A DNA stretch of 64,000 nt, from the NCBI RefSeq assembly GCF_006345805.1, contig NC_043001.1, positions 133,672,001-133,736,000 of the forward strand, in the 5' to 3' direction. Positions 62,484 through 64,000 of the stretch are shown here, one piece after another. Source of the DNA: Octopus sinensis (lineage: Eukaryota). The notes beneath the pieces are model-generated. The model did no database searches. It had not been told where the DNA came from and saw only the letters and a list, made by a program, of their open reading frames with translations. How positions within the stretch are numbered: the stretch's first letter is position 1; each line of letters opens with the position of its first letter. A program made the position numbers and the translations under genes.

Positions 62484-64000
62484 AGATTAGATGTGAGAGG
62501 TCAGATATGGTTAATCAGAGATTAGATGTGAGAGGTCAGATATGGTTAATCAGAGATTAGATGCGAGAGGTCAGATATGGTTAATCAGAGATTAGATGCG
62601 AGAGGTCAGATATGGTTAATCAGAGATTAGATGTGAGAGGTCAGATATGGTTAATCAGAGATTAGATGTGAGAGGTCAGATATGGTTAATCAGAGATTAG
62701 AGGTGAGAGGTCAGATATGGTTAATCAGAGATTAGATGTGAGAGGTCAGATATGGTTAATCAGAGATTAGATGTGAGAGGTCAGATATGGTTAATCAGAG
62801 ATTAGATGTGAGAGGTCAGATATGGTTAATCAGAGATTAGATGTGAGAGGTCAGATATGGTTAATCAGAGATTAGATTGAGAGGTCAGATATGGTTAATC
62901 AGAGATTAGATGCGAGAGGTCAGATATGGTTAATCAGAGATTAGATGTGAGAGGTCAGATATGGTTAATCAGAGATTAGATGTGAGAGGTCAGATATGGT
63001 TAATCAGAGATTAGATGTGAGAGGTCAGATATGGTTAATCAGAGATTAGATGTGAGAGGTCAGATATGGTTAATCAGAGATTAGATGCGAGAGGTCAGAT
63101 ATGGTTAATCAGAGATTAGATGTGAGAGGTCAGATATGGTTAATCAGAGATTAGATGTGAGAGGTCAGATATGGTTAATCAGAGATTAGATGTGAGAGGT
63201 CAGATATGGTTAATCAGAGATTAGATGTGAGAGGTCAGATATGTTAATCAGAGATTAGATGCGAGAGGTCAGATATGGTTAATCAGAGATTAGATGTGAG
63301 AGGTCAGATATGGTTAATCAGAGATAGATGTGAGAGGTCAGATATGGTTAATCAGAGATTAGATGTGAGAGGTCAATATGGTTAATCAGAGATTAGATGT
63401 GAGAGGTCAGATATGGTTAATCAGAGATTAGATGTGAGAGGTCAGATATGGTTAATCAAGATTAGATGTGAGAGGTCAGATATGGTTAATCAGAGATTAG
63501 ATGCGAGAGGTCAGATATGGTTAATCAGAGATTAGATGTGAGAGGTCAGATATGGTTAATCAGAGATTAGATGTGAGAGGTCAGATATGGTTAATCAGAG
63601 ATTAGATGTGAGAGGTCATATGGTTAATCAGAGATTAGATGTGAGAGGTCAGATTGGTTAATCAGAGATTAGATGCGAGAGGTCAGATATGGTTAATCAG
63701 AGATTAGATGTGAGAGGTCAGATATGGTTAATCAGAGATTAGATGTGAGAGGTCAGATATGGTTAATCAGAGATTAGATGTGAGAGGTCAGATATGGTTA
63801 ATCAGAGATTAGAGTGAGAGGTCAGATATGGTTAATCAGAGATTAGATGTGAGAGGTCAGATTGGTTAATCAGAGATTAGATGTGAGAGGTCAGATATGG
63901 TTAATCAGAGATTAGATGCGAGAGGTCAGATATGGTTAATCAGAGATTAGATGTGAGAGGTCAGATATGGTTAATCAGAGATTAGATGTGAGAGGTCAGA
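62484..64000. repeat. 35-bp satellite AGATTAGATG(T/C)GAGAGGTCAGATATGGTTAATCAG, about 43 copies, continuing past the window end
   Basis: ATTAGATG at 62521 and 62556 (period 35); very homogeneous, with scattered single-base losses. Confidence 0.98.

Noticed and set aside
63240-63870. Single-base deletion variants in satellite units, and similar noise in the CATA arrays
   Set aside because: The pattern is typical of long-read consensus error, so it is not treated as biological variation.
62484-64000. CRISPR-like 35-bp repeat length
   Set aside because: Units are contiguous with no unique spacers, no cas genes are present, and the context is eukaryotic.

Overview
Repeat-saturated, AT-rich eukaryotic DNA. 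The SINE families, microsatellite load and transposon mix look like an Octopus genome (inferred from recalled sequence features, not database-checked). I can support no intact host protein-coding gene; nearly all long ORFs in the track are microsatellite read-throughs. Content: at least four tRNA-headed or related SINE families in dozens of copies; decayed LINEs (two RTE families, a CR1-like ORF2, an R4/Dong-like endonuclease end, a possible L1/Tx1 end); Tc1/mariner remnants and MITEs; a piggyBac-type MITE; Helitrons (a PIF1 helicase remnant plus non-autonomous copies); one tRNA-Ser(CGA)-like gene; large (CATA)n/(TA)n arrays; 28-bp and 73-76-bp minisatellites; and a 35-bp satellite running off the right end. 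The most notable signals are hammerhead-ribozyme motifs of the Penelope-like-element type. One family sits in a perfect 140-bp inverted repeat (14423-15041) and another in a duplicated element (27.6 and 29.8 kb). Also notable are a perfect 115-bp palindrome, SINE multimers with a recurrent junction, a head-to-tail Helitron dimer, and a satellite that appears to derive from a MITE. Boundaries were counted by hand and those of decayed repeats are approximate.
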